This document shows positions 63,173 through 64,000 of a stretch of 64,000 nt of DNA, one piece after another. Location: assembly GCA_009691195.1 (NCBI GenBank), contig SHVA01000008.1, positions 1,785-65,784 of the forward strand. The letters run 5' to 3'. Origin of the DNA: Solirubrobacterales bacterium. GTDB taxonomy: Bacteria > Actinomycetota > Thermoleophilia > Solirubrobacterales > 70-9. Numbering within the stretch: position 1 is the stretch's first letter; each line of letters opens with the position of its first letter. Below the pieces are notes generated by a model. It was not told where the DNA came from and searched no databases. It was given only the letters and a program-made list of their open reading frames with translations. The position numbers and the translations under genes were made by a program.

Positions 63173-63847
63173 TCAAATCTCCTCCTCGCGGCGGATCGTC
63201 GCGAGCGTCCCCCGGATCTCGTCGGCCACCACGTCGGGCGGCCGGTCGCCGTCGACGTGCTGGAGGATGCCCTTCTCGTCGTAGTACGCGGCGAGGGGCG
63301 AGGTCTTCTCGTGGAACTGCTGGAGGCGGCGCTTGATCACCTCGGGCCTGTCATCGTCGCGCACGAGCAACTCGCTGCCGTCGAGGTCGCAGACGCCCTC
63401 CTCCTTGGGAGGGTTGAACTCGATATGGAAGACGTGCCCGTTGGCCGCGCACGTTCGCCTGCCGCCCAGGCGCCGGACGACCTCCTCGTCGGAGACCTCG
63501 ATCAGCAGCGCGGCCGAGAGCTTGCGCTCGAGGTCCTCCATCTCCTTGCCGAGGGCCTCCGACTGGGGGACGGTGCGCGGGAAGCCGTCGAGGATGAAGC
63601 CGTCCTGGGCCTCCTCGCGCTGAACCCGCTCCCCGATGATCTCGATGATCACCTCGTCTGGAACGAGGTCGCCGCGATCCATGTACTCCTTGGCCTTGAG
63701 GCCGATCTCGGTGCCCTCCTTGACCGCGGAGCGCAGGATGTCGCCGGTCGCGTAGTAGGGCAGGCGGAAGTCCTCCTGGAGGCGCTCTCCCTGGGTGCCC
63801 TTGCCGCTACCCGGCGGGCCGAGCAGGATCAAGTTGAGTTCGGACAT
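63173..63847 (-). CDS. adk: adenylate kinase
   Basis: LILLGPPGSGKGTQ...GDILR...GFILDGFPRT, plus a lid domain with C...H...C-D. Confidence 0.95.
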   Translation of the reverse strand: MSELNLILLGPPGSGKGTQGERLQEDFRLPYYATGDILRSAVKEGTEIGLKAKEYMDRGDLVPDEVIIEIIGERVQREEAQDGFILDGFPRTVPQSEALGKEMEDLERKLSAALLIEVSDEEVVRRLGGRRTCAANGHVFHIEFNPPKEEGVCDLDGSELLVRDDDRPEVIKRRLQQFHEKTSPLAAYYDEKGILQHVDGDRPPDVVADEIRGTLATIRREEEI

Positions 63848-63856
63848 CCGGTCTTG

Positions 63857-63999
63857 CTACTTCAGGAAACCCTCGTAGTTGCGCATCATCAGCTGCGCCT
63901 CGAGCTGCTTGACCGTGTCGAGCGCCACGCCAACGACGATCAGGATCGAGGTGCCGCCGAAGAAGAAGTTGGCCGAGGTCTGGCTGATCAGGATCGTCG
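63857..63999 (-). CDS. secY: preprotein translocase SecY, C-terminal end only (gene continues beyond window)
   Basis: My translation: ...[47 protein letters not shown] followed by a stop. Confidence 0.9.
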   Translation of the reverse strand, partial: TILISQTSANFFFGGTSILIVVGVALDTVKQLEAQLMMRNYEGFLK

Positions 64000-64000
64000 G

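Overview
This is a very GC-rich, densely coding chromosomal segment of Actinomycetota type (MMPL transporters, an ECF sigma factor with DGPF/YCII neighbours, GTG/TTG starts, and many 1-4 nt stop/start overlaps). I found no transposase, integrase, CRISPR array or rRNA, and one tRNA (tRNA-Pro CGG). Content from left to right: (1) a lipid-catabolism block with paralogous acyl-CoA dehydrogenases, crotonases, SDRs and three MMPL transporters, interrupted by an ECF42-like sigma/DGPF module; (2) glycerate kinase, glpK and plsC; (3) a biotin cluster bioB-bioF-unknown-bioD, then marR-MFS and crcB, then bioA; (4) an ECF sigma with a DUF4349 membrane partner; (5) a divergent TetR locus combining an SCP2 protein, an Fe-ADH, two unknown proteins and an R2-like di-metal oxidase coupled to a rubredoxin; (6) sodA, two patatin-like lipases and a tRNA-Pro followed by a small accessory-looking block; (7) fadD, dacB, ligA, surE and truA; (8) the ribosomal alpha-operon region (rplQ-rpoA-rpsD-rpsK-rpsM-rpmJ ... 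map-adk-secY), in which infA is missing and an oppositely oriented ltrA sits in its place. The most interesting items are the TetR/SCP2/ADH/R2-like/rubredoxin locus, the unknown gene translationally coupled to bioD, the duplicated ECF-type promoter with a co-varying 5' hairpin in front of both DGPF genes, an in-frame P450::HD-GYP chimeric ORF, a 23-nt palindromic motif shared by two lipid-gene promoter regions, and three apparent single-base-deletion frameshifts that may be assembly errors. All family calls come from my own reading of the translated ORFs, with no database search. Start codons were chosen from RBS and homology logic and may be off by a few codons.
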